Positions 1 to 11,925 of a stretch of DNA of 64,000 bases are shown piece after piece. Numbering within the stretch: position 1 is the first letter of the stretch; each line of letters begins with the position of its first letter. Source of the DNA: Planctomycetota bacterium. GTDB taxonomy: Bacteria > Planctomycetota > B15-G4 > SIAN01. Made by a program: the position numbers and the translations under genes. The stretch is taken from NCBI GenBank assembly GCA_031409275.1, contig JANNXA010000018.1, forward strand, positions 32,001 through 96,000, given 5' to 3'. Under the pieces are notes generated by a model. It was given only the letters and a program-made list of their open reading frames with translations, made no database searches and had not been told where the DNA came from.

Positions 1-974
1 TTCACCGTCACCCCGCCCATCTTCTGCTGGCCGGTCTTTCCGGAGACGTCGAACAGCACGTGGCCATCGGCGCCGGAGTAGACGTAGACGCGCCCCACGT
101 CTGCAACGCCCGCGTCCTCGTTCGGCGCGGCGATGGCGAAGTCGGCGAGACCGTCGCCGTCGAGGTCGCCGGCACCCGCGACCGACGCCCCGAAGATCGC
201 CACCGGTTCGGGACCCGTGAAGAACTGCAGCTCGTGACCGTCGACCCCTGACCGCACCGATGCGCTGCCGAAGCGATCGCCCGCGATGCTGTCGTACGGC
301 GCTCCGACGAGCAGGTCCGGCGTTCCATCGCCGTCGACGTCGCCGAGCCCGGCGAGCCCGGCGCCGAACGCCGCGGAGCGGGGCGGCCCGAGCAGCGTGA
401 GGTGCAGCTCGTTGGTTGCGCCCGAGTAGACGTAGACCGCTCCTGAGCCAGAGGCGGCCGTCCAGTCGTTCGACGCCGAGATCGCGAAGTCGGCGACGCC
501 GTCGTGATCGAGGTCGCCGACGTGCGCGATCCGGTCGCCGAAGTTCCCGTTGGCGAGTTCGCCGCGGAAGACGTTGATCAGCGAGCCGTCCGCGCCGGAG
601 TGGAGGTAGGCGCTGCCGGCATCCGTGGCGCGCCAGTCGTTTCGCGGCGCGCCGACGACGAAGTCGCCCAGCCCGTCGCCGTCCATGTCCGGCAGCGCCG
701 CCAGCGCGAGGCCGTAACCGTCGAATTTCTTCTCGCCGAGGAGTTCGTAGAGGATCGAGCCGTCGACCCCAGAACGCACGCTCACCAGGCCGCTGCCGGA
801 GCTGAGGTTCCCCCCGACGACGACGTCGGGGATGCCGTCGCCGCTCATGTCCCAGCCGCCGGACGGGTGGATGCCGAGCTGATCGCTTTCAAAGCCGTGC
901 ACGGTCCAGAGCCCGCCTTGCGCGCTTGCGCTGGAGGCGATGGAGACGACGACCAAGATCGGCGCGAGACGCAT
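1..974 (-). CDS. Secreted FG-GAP/integrin-alpha repeat beta-propeller protein (3' end runs off the window)
   Basis: Absent from the ORF track because it has no stop inside the window. Manual translation from ATG at 974 (GGAGG upstream) gives MRLAPILVVVSIASSASAQ (signal peptide) and repeated DxDGDGxxDxxVGAP motifs. Confidence 0.85.
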   Translation of the reverse strand, partial: MRLAPILVVVSIASSASAQGGLWTVHGFESDQLGIHPSGGWDMSGDGIPDVVVGGNLSSGSGLVSVRSGVDGSILYELLGEKKFDGYGLALAALPDMDGDGLGDFVVGAPRNDWRATDAGSAYLHSGADGSLINVFRGELANGNFGDRIAHVGDLDHDGVADFAISASNDWTAASGSGAVYVYSGATNELHLTLLGPPRSAAFGAGLAGLGDVDGDGTPDLLVGAPYDSIAGDRFGSASVRSGVDGHELQFFTGPEPVAIFGASVAGAGDLDGDGLADFAIAAPNEDAGVADVGRVYVYSGADGHVLFDVSGKTGQQKMGGVTV

Positions 975-1022
975 CGAAACCTCCGTGGCAACAGGAATCT
1001 GGATCGAGAAGGCGACGCCTGA

Positions 1023-2555
1023 TCAGCGGATCGAAACCCGTTCGTCGAAGCTGTCGAGGAGCTTGCCGCTGCCGCTCGCTGGGAGCGCGTAGGCCCGCAG
1101 CGTGAACTCGTGATCGAAGAGGTCGGACTCGACCGTGTCGATGAGCTTCCACTCGCCAAACGAGTCGAGGTTGAACGTGCCGAGGTGCTCGAAGAGCGGC
1201 ACGTCATCGAGTCCTGTCACGAACAGCGCGAACAAGCTGCCCGGACTGCCGTTGCGGAACGACAACGTGATCGTGTCGCCGACGTGGGCGAACCACGGCT
1301 CCGCCTGGAGCCAGACGTCGTTGCCGCGGAACACGGTCGCGCTGCCTTCGCTGCCGTGCCGATGGAATGCGGCCGCGGCGCCAACGATCGGGTCATCGAA
1401 GCCGTCGCTGTCGAGATCGCCGGCGCCGCCCACCGCGAACCCGAACTCGTCGTCGACGTCGACCGACTCGAATCGGTAGAGCAGGCGGCCGGTGCGACCC
1501 GAGTAGAGCATCGCGTGGCTGTACATGAAGATCTCGGAAGGGGCGCCGAACAGCAGGTCGCCGCGCCCGTCGCCATCGACGTCGCCTGCAGATCCAACTG
1601 CTCTCGCATGGTCCTTCGAGATGCCTTCGACCGTGAAGAGCTTCGTGCGGGTCGCGCCGGAATAGACGTAGGCGGTGCCGTTGATGAGCTGGGTCGCCGA
1701 CACCGCGAAATCGCCGACGCCATCGCCGTCGGTATCGCCGAGACCGGCGACCGACCAGCCGAATCCGTCGTTGAAGTTCGGGTCGCCCTTCAAGCGCGCC
1801 AGCGAAGTGCCGGTCTTCCCGGAGTAGACCTCGGCGATGCGAGTTCCACCGCCGACGAAGTCGGTCACGCCATCGCCGTCGACGTCGCCGATCGCCGACA
1901 AAGACATGCCGAGGTTGTCGAGGCCGAAGCTGCCAGGCACCTCGTAGACGAGCGACGCATCGACGCCGGACATGACGCGCACCCGGCCGCGGTCGGTCTT
2001 GCTGGAGCTGTCGAAGAACGGCCCCCCAGCGGCGAAATCAGGCACCCCGTCGCCATTCACGTCGCCGAGCCCCGCGACCGAGTGGCCGAAACGCTCGAGG
2101 TTCGAGGTTCCGGCGATCAGGAAACGCAGAGCGCCCGTCGCGCCGTCATGGACCCGGACGTAGCCCTTCCCGTTCAGCTGGAAGGCGCCGACCACGATCT
2201 CCGAACACCCGTCGCCATCTTGGTCGCCGGCGCTCGCGACCGACCAGCCGAAGTCGTCGTCCTTTGCGCTGCCGTCGATGTCATGCAGCAGCGAGCCGTC
2301 GGCGCCGGAAAACACGCGCGCGCTGCCGGCGCGCGTGATCGCTGCGCTCGCATCCTCCATCGGGATGCCGACAATGATGTCGTCCCTGCCGTCACCGTTG
2401 ACATCGCCGGCATTTGCGAGCGCGCTGCCAAACTCGCCAGCCTGGTCGTCGCCGAACCATCGATAGAGCACGTCGTCCGCCCGAATGGCGGGCGCGAGCC
2501 CGGCCATCACGGTCACGAGGGCGAAACAACGGCGTCGGATGAGTCGGGAAGCCAT
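1023..2555 (-). CDS. Secreted FG-GAP/integrin-alpha repeat protein
   Basis: Signal peptide, about 7 GDVxGDG..D..VGA repeats, and a ~100-aa non-repeat C-terminal domain. Confidence 0.9.
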   Translation of the reverse strand: MASRLIRRRCFALVTVMAGLAPAIRADDVLYRWFGDDQAGEFGSALANAGDVNGDGRDDIIVGIPMEDASAAITRAGSARVFSGADGSLLHDIDGSAKDDDFGWSVASAGDQDGDGCSEIVVGAFQLNGKGYVRVHDGATGALRFLIAGTSNLERFGHSVAGLGDVNGDGVPDFAAGGPFFDSSSKTDRGRVRVMSGVDASLVYEVPGSFGLDNLGMSLSAIGDVDGDGVTDFVGGGTRIAEVYSGKTGTSLARLKGDPNFNDGFGWSVAGLGDTDGDGVGDFAVSATQLINGTAYVYSGATRTKLFTVEGISKDHARAVGSAGDVDGDGRGDLLFGAPSEIFMYSHAMLYSGRTGRLLYRFESVDVDDEFGFAVGGAGDLDSDGFDDPIVGAAAAFHRHGSEGSATVFRGNDVWLQAEPWFAHVGDTITLSFRNGSPGSLFALFVTGLDDVPLFEHLGTFNLDSFGEWKLIDTVESDLFDHEFTLRAYALPASGSGKLLDSFDERVSIR

Positions 2556-2598
2556 GCGAGCGACTCCGGTACGTGCGCGAACGCGAAGAGAACCGCGA

Positions 2599-4248
2599 TC
2601 AGAAGCCGAGGGTCAGTTCGAGACCGGCCGTGAAGGCCAGTCCGTGCACCGCACCCGGATCGAGGAGCAGTCCCTGGAGGTCGAGCACGATGCCGGCGAG
2701 GGACGGGTCGGGATCGATGAACGTCGGCAGGTCGAGACCGGCCGCGTCGACCGACACCGCGATGCTGAGCAGCGGGGCGACGAGGAGCGTTGCCCCATAC
2801 TTCAGCTGGACTGACGCGCGCGCCTGTCCCACGAGCAGGACTCCCGGCGTGATGACTCCCGCCGAGTTGCCGAAGGCGAGCGTGAACGTCGTGTTGAGGA
2901 TCGGCGAAAAGTCGACATCGAGCGACGGGACCCCGAGGGTCCCGGGCCAGCCCGCGCCGTAGTTCGTCCACGACGCGCTCGCGAACGCGCGCTCGCGGAC
3001 GAAGATGTCCTCCCTGCGATTGGTGTCGCTCGGCGCGAGGTTGTCGCCGTTGCTCGTGAACGAGACGAGCCGGCCATCCGCGGAGAGCGACGCGCGCTGG
3101 CTGAACCCGTTCGATTCGTCCCAGACGGACGAGACGCTCTCACGGTAGGTCGCGCCCGTCACGACATCGGCGACGAAGATGTCGAGGTAGTTGTTCAAGT
3201 CCCCTTCGACGAGGTCGATCGAGTAGCTCTGGAAGACGACGAAGCGCCCGTCGGCGCTGAGCTCGGGGAAGTCGCTCTCGTCGTTGCCGCCGCCGCCCTT
3301 CGAGTCGTTGCTGGCCCAGGCGGTCTTGCCGGTCGTCCGGTCGTGGACATAGATGTCGAACTCGCCGTTCGTGTCGGCCAGGTCGAGGTTGGTCGCGCCG
3401 CTCATGAACGCGACGAATCGCCCGTCATCGGAGATCGAAGGCCGGTCGCTGTAGCCGTCGGCCTCGCCGCCCGAGGAGTCGATGCTGACCCGGACCGTCG
3501 TGGCCAGAAGCCGGTCGCGCACGAAGATGTCGCGCGTCTTGTTCTTGTCGTTCGCGACGAGCAGCTTGTCGTCGCTGGCGAAGGCGATGAAACGGCCGTC
3601 CCCCGAGATCGCGCAGTTGTAGCTGTCGCCGAGCGTCGTCGGATTGCCGCTCGAGTCGAGGTTCACGCGCTCGGTGACGCCGTTCGCTAGGTCGCGCACG
3701 AAGATGTCAGGGCGACCGTTCGTGTCGGATCCGACCAGATCGCTGGCGTTGCTCCAGAACGCGACGAACATTCCATCGGACGAGATGCGTGCGTCATGGC
3801 TGTCGTCGTTCGGATCGCCACCGTTCGTGTCGACGCTCACCCGAACCGTTGTCGCCGCCGCGACGTCGCGCAGGAAGATGTCGGCCTGGCCGTTCGCATC
3901 GCCCGTCACGAACGGGCCGTTGCTCTCGAACGTGACGAGAGCGCCGTCGCCGGAGACGTCCGGGACGTAGCAGTCGAATGAGAGCTGCACCGTCCCGGTC
4001 TTGAGCGAGACGCGCGTCGTCGTCCCGGAGGTCCGGTCGCGCAGGAAGACGTCGCGCGACAGGTTGGTGTCGCCGCTCACGAGGTTCTTCGCGGCCGAGT
4101 CGAAGATCACCTTCGAACCATCGGCGGTGAGCTGAGACGTGTAGCTCGTCGAGTTGGAGAGGACGCCGGCGCTCGACACGCTGGCGATCTCGGTCTGCTG
4201 CGCGAGCATCAGCAGCGCGAACTCCGTCGGGAACAGGATCACACCCAT
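2599..4248 (-). CDS. TolB/PD40-like beta-propeller protein with C-terminal domain
   Basis: Repeated S.DG.FVAF.S.A.NLV.GDTN...DIFVRD units; start MGVILF at 4248 with GGAGG RBS. Confidence 0.85.
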   Translation of the reverse strand: MGVILFPTEFALLMLAQQTEIASVSSAGVLSNSTSYTSQLTADGSKVIFDSAAKNLVSGDTNLSRDVFLRDRTSGTTTRVSLKTGTVQLSFDCYVPDVSGDGALVTFESNGPFVTGDANGQADIFLRDVAAATTVRVSVDTNGGDPNDDSHDARISSDGMFVAFWSNASDLVGSDTNGRPDIFVRDLANGVTERVNLDSSGNPTTLGDSYNCAISGDGRFIAFASDDKLLVANDKNKTRDIFVRDRLLATTVRVSIDSSGGEADGYSDRPSISDDGRFVAFMSGATNLDLADTNGEFDIYVHDRTTGKTAWASNDSKGGGGNDESDFPELSADGRFVVFQSYSIDLVEGDLNNYLDIFVADVVTGATYRESVSSVWDESNGFSQRASLSADGRLVSFTSNGDNLAPSDTNRREDIFVRERAFASASWTNYGAGWPGTLGVPSLDVDFSPILNTTFTLAFGNSAGVITPGVLLVGQARASVQLKYGATLLVAPLLSIAVSVDAAGLDLPTFIDPDPSLAGIVLDLQGLLLDPGAVHGLAFTAGLELTLGF

Positions 4249-4512
4249 CGAGCGTCCTCCTTCGCGATTGCCGATCAAGACCGGGCCGGCCGAGCGTGCG
4301 ACACTGTAGGGAGCGTTCGCGAACTCACCAGACATCACGCTGCACGGGCCCGCTCGAGCCGGTCGATCGTTGCGGTCGGTCGCCCCGCCTCTTCGAACTC
4401 CACGTCTCCCCGTCGCCGCTCGGGCGGCAACGCCTCGTGAAACGGGACGGTCCAGTCGGCATGCCACACGTTGCGATCGATCGCGGCGCGGAGCACGGAC
4501 CGCGAGCGTCGC

Positions 4513-4992
4513 CTACGGAACCGTCGCCCCGAAGTCGATCAGCGGGAAGAGCCAGCCGAGGAGTCCGGCGATCGCGAGCGCGACGGCCAGCATCGCGAAG
4601 TGGAGCAGTGGGGCGCGGTCATCACGCGGGGTGGCGCGGCGCACGCAGAGGTAGCCGACGCCGAGCGCGGCGACGAGCGCCGGTTCGCCGAGCGAGTTCA
4701 CCAACCCCTTCATCGCCGGCTCCTCGGGACCGAGGATGAAGCCGAACCACCAGACGAGCGGCAGCGCCATCAGCAGCCACGCTTCGCCGGGTGCCCATGG
4801 CAGCGTGCGGTTCGCCGGAAACCTCTGGTTGGCCGTGGTGGCGCCCGCTTCCGCGGCGCTCATGCGCAAGGTCCGCATGCGCAGAGTCGCCAGTCCGCCG
4901 GCCAGGCCAAGTCCATGGACGATGCAAGCGGTCAGCAGCAGCGGCGAGCCGTCGATCAGCCGTTGCAGCGAGGTCAGCTTCTCGAAGACCAC
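4513..4992 (-). CDS. Hypothetical membrane protein (~4 TM)
   Basis: GTG at 4992 preceded by GGAGGAGG; hydrophobic segments; directly downstream of the DUF1501 gene. Confidence 0.6.
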   Translation of the reverse strand: MVFEKLTSLQRLIDGSPLLLTACIVHGLGLAGGLATLRMRTLRMSAAEAGATTANQRFPANRTLPWAPGEAWLLMALPLVWWFGFILGPEEPAMKGLVNSLGEPALVAALGVGYLCVRRATPRDDRAPLLHFAMLAVALAIAGLLGWLFPLIDFGATVP

Positions 4993-5021
4993 GTTTCCCC
5001 TCCTCCGCAGTGGCGCTGCGC

Positions 5022-6491
<1,470 letters not shown>

Positions 6492-6506
6492 CGAATCACG
6501 CCCTCC

Positions 6507-9500
6507 TCATTCGCGGGTGACGAACTCGTCGACGTTGAGCAGCGTGCTGGCGAGCAGCGTCCACGCGGCGAGCTCGGGCGCCGGCCGGGTCGCATCGAGC
6601 GGCGCCTCGCCCTGCGCCAGCAGCGCGTTGGCGCGCGCCGGCTCCTCGGCGAAGTGCGCCTGTTCGCGCGCCACCGCTGCCAGCGCGACGGCGAGCTCGT
6701 TCGAACTCGGCTCGCGGCAGAGCGTCAGGCGCCAGAGCAGCGACGCCCGCGCCCGCGCGTCGTCGCCCGCTTCCGCCGCGAGTCGCTGCGCAAGCACCCG
6801 CGCGGCTTCGACGAATTGCACGTCGTTCAGCAGCACGAGCGCCTGCAACGGCGTGTTGGTGCGGGCGCGCTGCACCGTGCAGCTCTCGCGGCTCGGCGCG
6901 TCGAACGCGGCGAGGTTCGCCGGCGGGGCGGTCCGCTTCCAGAAGGTGTACATGCTGCGCCGCCACAGCGCTTCCCCGTGGTCCTGCACGAAGTGGGCGG
7001 TGTTGCTGGTCGGGTAGGCGATCACCTGCCACAGGTCGCCCGGTTGATAGGGCTTCACGCTGCGGCCGCCGATCTGCTCGACCAGAAGGCCGCTCGCCGC
7101 CAGCGCGCTGTCGCGCACGACTTCCGCGTCGAGTCGCAGTCGCGGCGCACGCGCCAGCAGTCGGTTGTCGCGATCGCGCGCGAGGAACTCCGGCGCGACG
7201 GTCGAGCTCTGGCGCCAGGTCGCCGACGTGACGACCTGCTCGTGGAGGCGCCGCAGGTCGAAACCGTGATCGACGAAGTCGACGGCGAGCCAGTCGAGCA
7301 GCTCGGGATGGCTTGGCGCTTCGCCCTGCGCGCCGAAGTCCTCGGCGGTCTTCACCAGCCCGATCCCGAAGAGCTGCGCCCAGACGCGATTCACGACGAC
7401 GCGCGCCGTGAGCGGATGGTCGCGGCGGACCAGCCAGCGCGCGAGCGCCAGGCGATCGGCCTTCTCGCCTTCCGCCAACGTTCCCAGCGCCGCCGGCAGC
7501 GCGGCCGCGACCGCGTCGCCCTTCTGGTCGTACTGCCCGCGGCGCAGCACGTAGGTCGGGCGCGGCGTCGCGAGCTCGGCGGCGACCATCGACGACGGGA
7601 TGGTCGCATCGAGCGCCGTTCGCTGCGCCACGAGTGCGGCGAGCTGATCGTCCTGCGCGCGCCATTCGGGCGAGTGGCGACGGCGCAGCGCTCGCGTCAC
7701 TCGTTCCTGTGGCGCACCATCGCGACTGCCATCCGGCGCTTCGAGCAGCGCGTCGATCTCGAGGTCGAGGCGACCGTACTCCGGCGCGAGCAACGCGGGG
7801 TCATCGCTGACCGCGAGGCGCAGCCGACCGATGACGTGGCGCTCGAAGATCGACTCGTGGCGCACGACGAGGCGCAGTCGCGCGCCGGCCGCCACCGCCA
7901 CCGGTGTTGAGACCAGGAAGAGCGCCTGATGGCTCGTGAGCTTCGGCAGGATCGCCCAGCCGCTCGCGGCGTCGGCGTCGAGTGCGAGCGAGGGCGGGAA
8001 GTTCTCCTGCTCGTGGTCTGCGAGCGCGCGCGCGAAGGCGAGCGGACGTGCGCTTCCATCGGTCGCGACCAGCTCCGCGGAGAGGCCAGTCATCACGAAG
8101 TTGCCGTTCTCGAAACGGCCCGGTCCTCCTTGCGGCAGCGATGGGTCCGCGAGCGCCTCGACGCGCAGCGCGGTCAGCGTCGCCGGCAGTCCGCCGCACT
8201 CGAACGTCTCCACTTCGACGGCGGGCGAAGCGCCGGTCGCCAGCAGCGAGCCGTCCTGCTGCGGCTCGCGCGTGGTGCCGTGGGCGGCAGTGGTCTGCGA
8301 AGGGGACAGCACGCGGAAACGCGTTGCGATGGTGGCCCGCGCCGTCTGCTCCCACGCGCGCTGCGCGGCATCGAGGTCGGGGCGAGGGGCGGCGAGTGCC
8401 TGCTGCGCGGCCGCAGCCGCGGTGTCGAGCGCGGCGCGTTGCTGCGCCTGCTGCGGGAGCGGCGCCGCCATCGCCGGCATCGGCAACAGAGCGTTGTCGT
8501 CGCTGCCCTTCTCGGCGATGCCGTTCATGAAGGCGAAGAGGCCGTAGTAGTCGCGTTGCGTGATCGGGTCGAACTTGTGGTCGTGGCATTGCGCGCAGCC
8601 GACCGTCAGCCCGAGCCACACCTGACCGAGCGTGTTGACGCGGTCGACGGCGTACTTGACGAGGTACTCCTCCTCGATCAGGCCGCCTTCGCCGGTGGTC
8701 GGGTTGCAACGCAGGAAGCCGGTGGCGAGGCGTTGCGCGTCGGTCGCGTCGGGGAGCAGATCACCGGCGAGCTGCTCGAGCGAGAACTGATCGAAGGGCT
8801 GGTTGCGAGCGAACGACTCGATGACTCCATCGCGCCAGCGCCACAGTGCTCGCTCGTTGTCGAGGTGGTAGCCGTGCGTGTCGCCGTAGCGCGCGAGGTC
8901 GAGCCAGAGACGCGCCTGGTGCTCGGCCGCGCGCGACGAGGCGAGCAGCGCGCGCACCGTGCGCTCGAAGGCGTCGGCGCGCGCGTCGGAAAGGAACGCC
9001 GCCTGTTCGCCGGCGGTCGGCGGGAGTCCGGTCAGCGCCAGCGAGGCTCGACGCAGCAGCGTGGCGCGGTCGGCTTCTGGTGCAGGCGCCCAACCTTCGC
9101 GTTCGAGTCGAGCCAGGACGAAAACATCGAGCGGTTGGCGCGGCCACTCGCGTGCGCGCACCTCGGGCAGTGGCGCCGACACCGGCGCGAGGAAGCTCCA
9201 GTGCGGCCGATAGTCGCCGCCCTGCTCGATCCAACGGCGCAACGTCGCGCGCTGCGCGTCGGTGAGCGGTTTGGCGAACTTCTCCGGCGGCATGCGCTGC
9301 TTCGCGGAATCAGCGTCGATGCGAGCCACGAGTTCGGAGAGGTCGGGCTCGCCGGCAACGATCGCGCGATTGCCGGAATCTAGTTCCGCCGTCGCTCCGG
9401 CCGCGAGGTCGAGTCGCAGCCCCGCCTTGCGCTGCGCGGCGTCGGGGCCATGACAGGCGAAGCAGTGGTTCGACAGGATCGGCGCCACCTCGCGCGCGAA

Positions 9501-9563
9501 GTCGACCTCGGAACGTGCAGTGGCGGTGACGAAGAGCGCGATCAGCGACGGGAGCAGGTTCAC
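6507..9563 (-). CDS. Planctomycete cytochrome c / DUF1549-DUF1553 (PSD1) domain protein
   Basis: CFACH and [11 protein letters not shown] heme motifs; [23 protein letters not shown] and [11 protein letters not shown] motifs; canonical pairing with DUF1501. Start approximate. Confidence 0.92.
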   Translation of the reverse strand: MNLLPSLIALFVTATARSEVDFAREVAPILSNHCFACHGPDAAQRKAGLRLDLAAGATAELDSGNRAIVAGEPDLSELVARIDADSAKQRMPPEKFAKPLTDAQRATLRRWIEQGGDYRPHWSFLAPVSAPLPEVRAREWPRQPLDVFVLARLEREGWAPAPEADRATLLRRASLALTGLPPTAGEQAAFLSDARADAFERTVRALLASSRAAEHQARLWLDLARYGDTHGYHLDNERALWRWRDGVIESFARNQPFDQFSLEQLAGDLLPDATDAQRLATGFLRCNPTTGEGGLIEEEYLVKYAVDRVNTLGQVWLGLTVGCAQCHDHKFDPITQRDYYGLFAFMNGIAEKGSDDNALLPMPAMAAPLPQQAQQRAALDTAAAAAQQALAAPRPDLDAAQRAWEQTARATIATRFRVLSPSQTTAAHGTTREPQQDGSLLATGASPAVEVETFECGGLPATLTALRVEALADPSLPQGGPGRFENGNFVMTGLSAELVATDGSARPLAFARALADHEQENFPPSLALDADAASGWAILPKLTSHQALFLVSTPVAVAAGARLRLVVRHESIFERHVIGRLRLAVSDDPALLAPEYGRLDLEIDALLEAPDGSRDGAPQERVTRALRRRHSPEWRAQDDQLAALVAQRTALDATIPSSMVAAELATPRPTYVLRRGQYDQKGDAVAAALPAALGTLAEGEKADRLALARWLVRRDHPLTARVVVNRVWAQLFGIGLVKTAEDFGAQGEAPSHPELLDWLAVDFVDHGFDLRRLHEQVVTSATWRQSSTVAPEFLARDRDNRLLARAPRLRLDAEVVRDSALAASGLLVEQIGGRSVKPYQPGDLWQVIAYPTSNTAHFVQDHGEALWRRSMYTFWKRTAPPANLAAFDAPSRESCTVQRARTNTPLQALVLLNDVQFVEAARVLAQRLAAEAGDDARARASLLWRLTLCREPSSNELAVALAAVAREQAHFAEEPARANALLAQGEAPLDATRPAPELAAWTLLASTLLNVDEFVTRE

Positions 9564-9801
9564 CGCAGGATCCCCGCGTTGGGTGTTTGCGAGTCGACCA
9601 CCACCGGGCGCGATGGTACGGCGCGAGCTCGCCATGTGGTGCCGAGGTGACGTCTCGCGCGAGTCGGCGGCGGCCACTTCCACGCAGGGGCACTTGGTAC
9701 GGCGGTTGCCAAGTCGTTCTGCGTGTGCGCGGCGGGCTTCGCGGCCCGTGCCTTCTCCCCGATGGTTGCGCGCATCACGCCGCGCCAGGAGGTTTCACTC
9801 C

Positions 9802-11772
9802 ATGCGCTTCGAACGCTTCACGCTTGCGTTGGGATCCACGCTCTTCTTGCTGCCGCTTCCGCTGGGCTTCGCGCACGGCGGCAGCTATCACGGGCCGACC
9901 GACACCGTCCCGCCGAACACCGACGGCCCTGGCGATGTCACGACTCCACCAGGAATCCCGAACGGCCCGACCATTCCGAACGCGCCCACCACGCCAGGGC
10001 AGGATGGCGCGCGGCCGTCCACGAGTCCCGGTGCGACCCCCAGCAAGCCGGGAATGGGTCGCACCAACGGCTACGGTCGAAGGGACCCGTCGAAGAGCGG
10101 CGCCTTCGAGCAGTGGGAATTCTGGTGGGAGGCGAATGACGACGCCTTCCTCGATCTCAAGTCGCGCCTGCGCCAGCAGAACGGGACGACAGCGGTCTCC
10201 CTCGCAGGCGGCCGCGGCGCAGTGGTACCGAGCGCGCTCACGCAGCGCTTGAGCGGCGCGGATCGCGCGTCGATCCGTTCGGCGTTGCTGACGGCGCTGG
10301 CGGGCTCGGACGCGGAGATCGTCGACTCCGCCGCGATCGCGCTCGCGCGCATGACATCGGCGAAGGATGAGGGCGCGGTGGCCGTCGTTGCCGAGCTGAC
10401 CAAGGTGCTCGGCCATTCGGAGAAGACCGCGCGCGAAGCGGCGACCCTCGCGCTGGGCATCGTCGGTTCGACCGATGCGATTCCGGTGCTTCGGGACCTG
10501 CTGCTCGACACGAGCGCCGGTCGGCAGCGGACCGGGCGCGATGGCAACGTCGAGCCGCTGGTACGCGCGTTCGCGGCCGCGGCGCTCGGATTGATCGGCG
10601 ACGCGTCGGCGTTCGACGACCTGAAGTCGATCCTCGTCGATCCAAAGCAGAACGCCGATCGCGATCTGCAGTCGACGACGGTGCGGGCGATCGGCCTGTT
10701 GCGCGGTGCCCATTCGCGCGCCGTGCCGCTGTTGCAGCAGCTCCTCGACGATGGAGAGCTCGATCGCGTGGTGCGCGCGCAGGTGCCGGTGGCGCTCGCG
10801 CAGCTTTCCGAGCAGGCGGAGGGCACGCTTGCTCGCGCCGCGCTGCCGTCCATCGTGTCGCGCCTCGCTTCGGACAAGACCGATCTCGACCTGTTGCGTT
10901 CGTGCGCGGTGGCGCTTGGCCGCATGGCGACGCTCGAGGATCGCGAGGCGCTCGATGCACTGCGTGCGGCGGCGCGTGGCCGCGACGAGCAGACTCGCCA
11001 CTTCGCGATGATGGCGCTGGCCGACGTCGGTCGGCGCGATCCGCAGCCGCAGCTCCACGCGGTCGAGCAGCGCGCGCTCCAGCAGGAGCTGTTGCGCGAG
11101 ATGACGCAGCCCAGGCCGATCACGGCGGCGCCGTACGGTGCGCTGGCGCTGGCGGTGTGGTCGCGCAACCCCGGGGTCGACCGCGCACTGGTCGAGGAAG
11201 CGCGTGGGCGGCTGCTCGACCAGGTTCGCGACCTCAACAACCCGAGCTATCGCGCCGCGACTGCGGTGGCAATCGGACTGGCCGGCGCCAAGGAGGCGAG
11301 GGGCGATCTGTTGGGGCTCTTCGTCGACGAGAAGAACCAGGTCCTGAAGAGCTACGTCGCGATCGGGCTCGGGCTAATGGGAGCCACCGAGGCCGCCGAA
11401 CCGCTGCGCTCGGTGATGGGCGCGAAGGGGCTGGATGCGTCGCTGCGGCTGCAGATTGCGCGAGCGCTGGGGCTCCTTGGCGATCGCCAGGCGGTGCCGC
11501 TGCTGGTGGCGAACCTGCGCGCGGCCGAGACCTTCGTCGAAGTCGGATCGACGGTGCAGGCGCTTGGCTTGATCGGCGACCGTGACGCGGTGGCGCCTCT
11601 GCTCGAGTTGCTGAACGACGGCAAGCAGCATGCGTTGCGGCGCGGCTTCGCGGCAGTGGGCCTCGGCCTGCTGGCGGAGAAGTCGGACTTGCCGTGGAAC
11701 GCCGTCTTCACGGTCGGCTCGAACTATCGGGCCAAGACGCCGGCACTGGCCGAGATCTTCGACATCCTCTGA
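9802..11772 (+). CDS. Secreted HEAT-repeat protein with Pro/Gly/Thr-rich N-terminal segment
   Basis: ATG at 9802 after AGGAGG; signal peptide ending GFA-HGG; many 'R..AA.ALG..G' HEAT repeats. Confidence 0.85.
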   Translation: MRFERFTLALGSTLFLLPLPLGFAHGGSYHGPTDTVPPNTDGPGDVTTPPGIPNGPTIPNAPTTPGQDGARPSTSPGATPSKPGMGRTNGYGRRDPSKSGAFEQWEFWWEANDDAFLDLKSRLRQQNGTTAVSLAGGRGAVVPSALTQRLSGADRASIRSALLTALAGSDAEIVDSAAIALARMTSAKDEGAVAVVAELTKVLGHSEKTAREAATLALGIVGSTDAIPVLRDLLLDTSAGRQRTGRDGNVEPLVRAFAAAALGLIGDASAFDDLKSILVDPKQNADRDLQSTTVRAIGLLRGAHSRAVPLLQQLLDDGELDRVVRAQVPVALAQLSEQAEGTLARAALPSIVSRLASDKTDLDLLRSCAVALGRMATLEDREALDALRAAARGRDEQTRHFAMMALADVGRRDPQPQLHAVEQRALQQELLREMTQPRPITAAPYGALALAVWSRNPGVDRALVEEARGRLLDQVRDLNNPSYRAATAVAIGLAGAKEARGDLLGLFVDEKNQVLKSYVAIGLGLMGATEAAEPLRSVMGAKGLDASLRLQIARALGLLGDRQAVPLLVANLRAAETFVEVGSTVQALGLIGDRDAVAPLLELLNDGKQHALRRGFAAVGLGLLAEKSDLPWNAVFTVGSNYRAKTPALAEIFDIL

Positions 11773-11925
11773 TCGATTCATCGGGCGGCGTGGCGAGGTC
11801 CGACTCCTCGCTGCGCCGCCCCGCCCGCGCCTCGCGGCGATGGCCGCGCCACGGCGCGAACGGTGGGCGGCGGAGGGCGAGCTGCCGTCGAACGCGGTGT
11901 TGCGTACCGGTTCGAAGCTCCTGGC

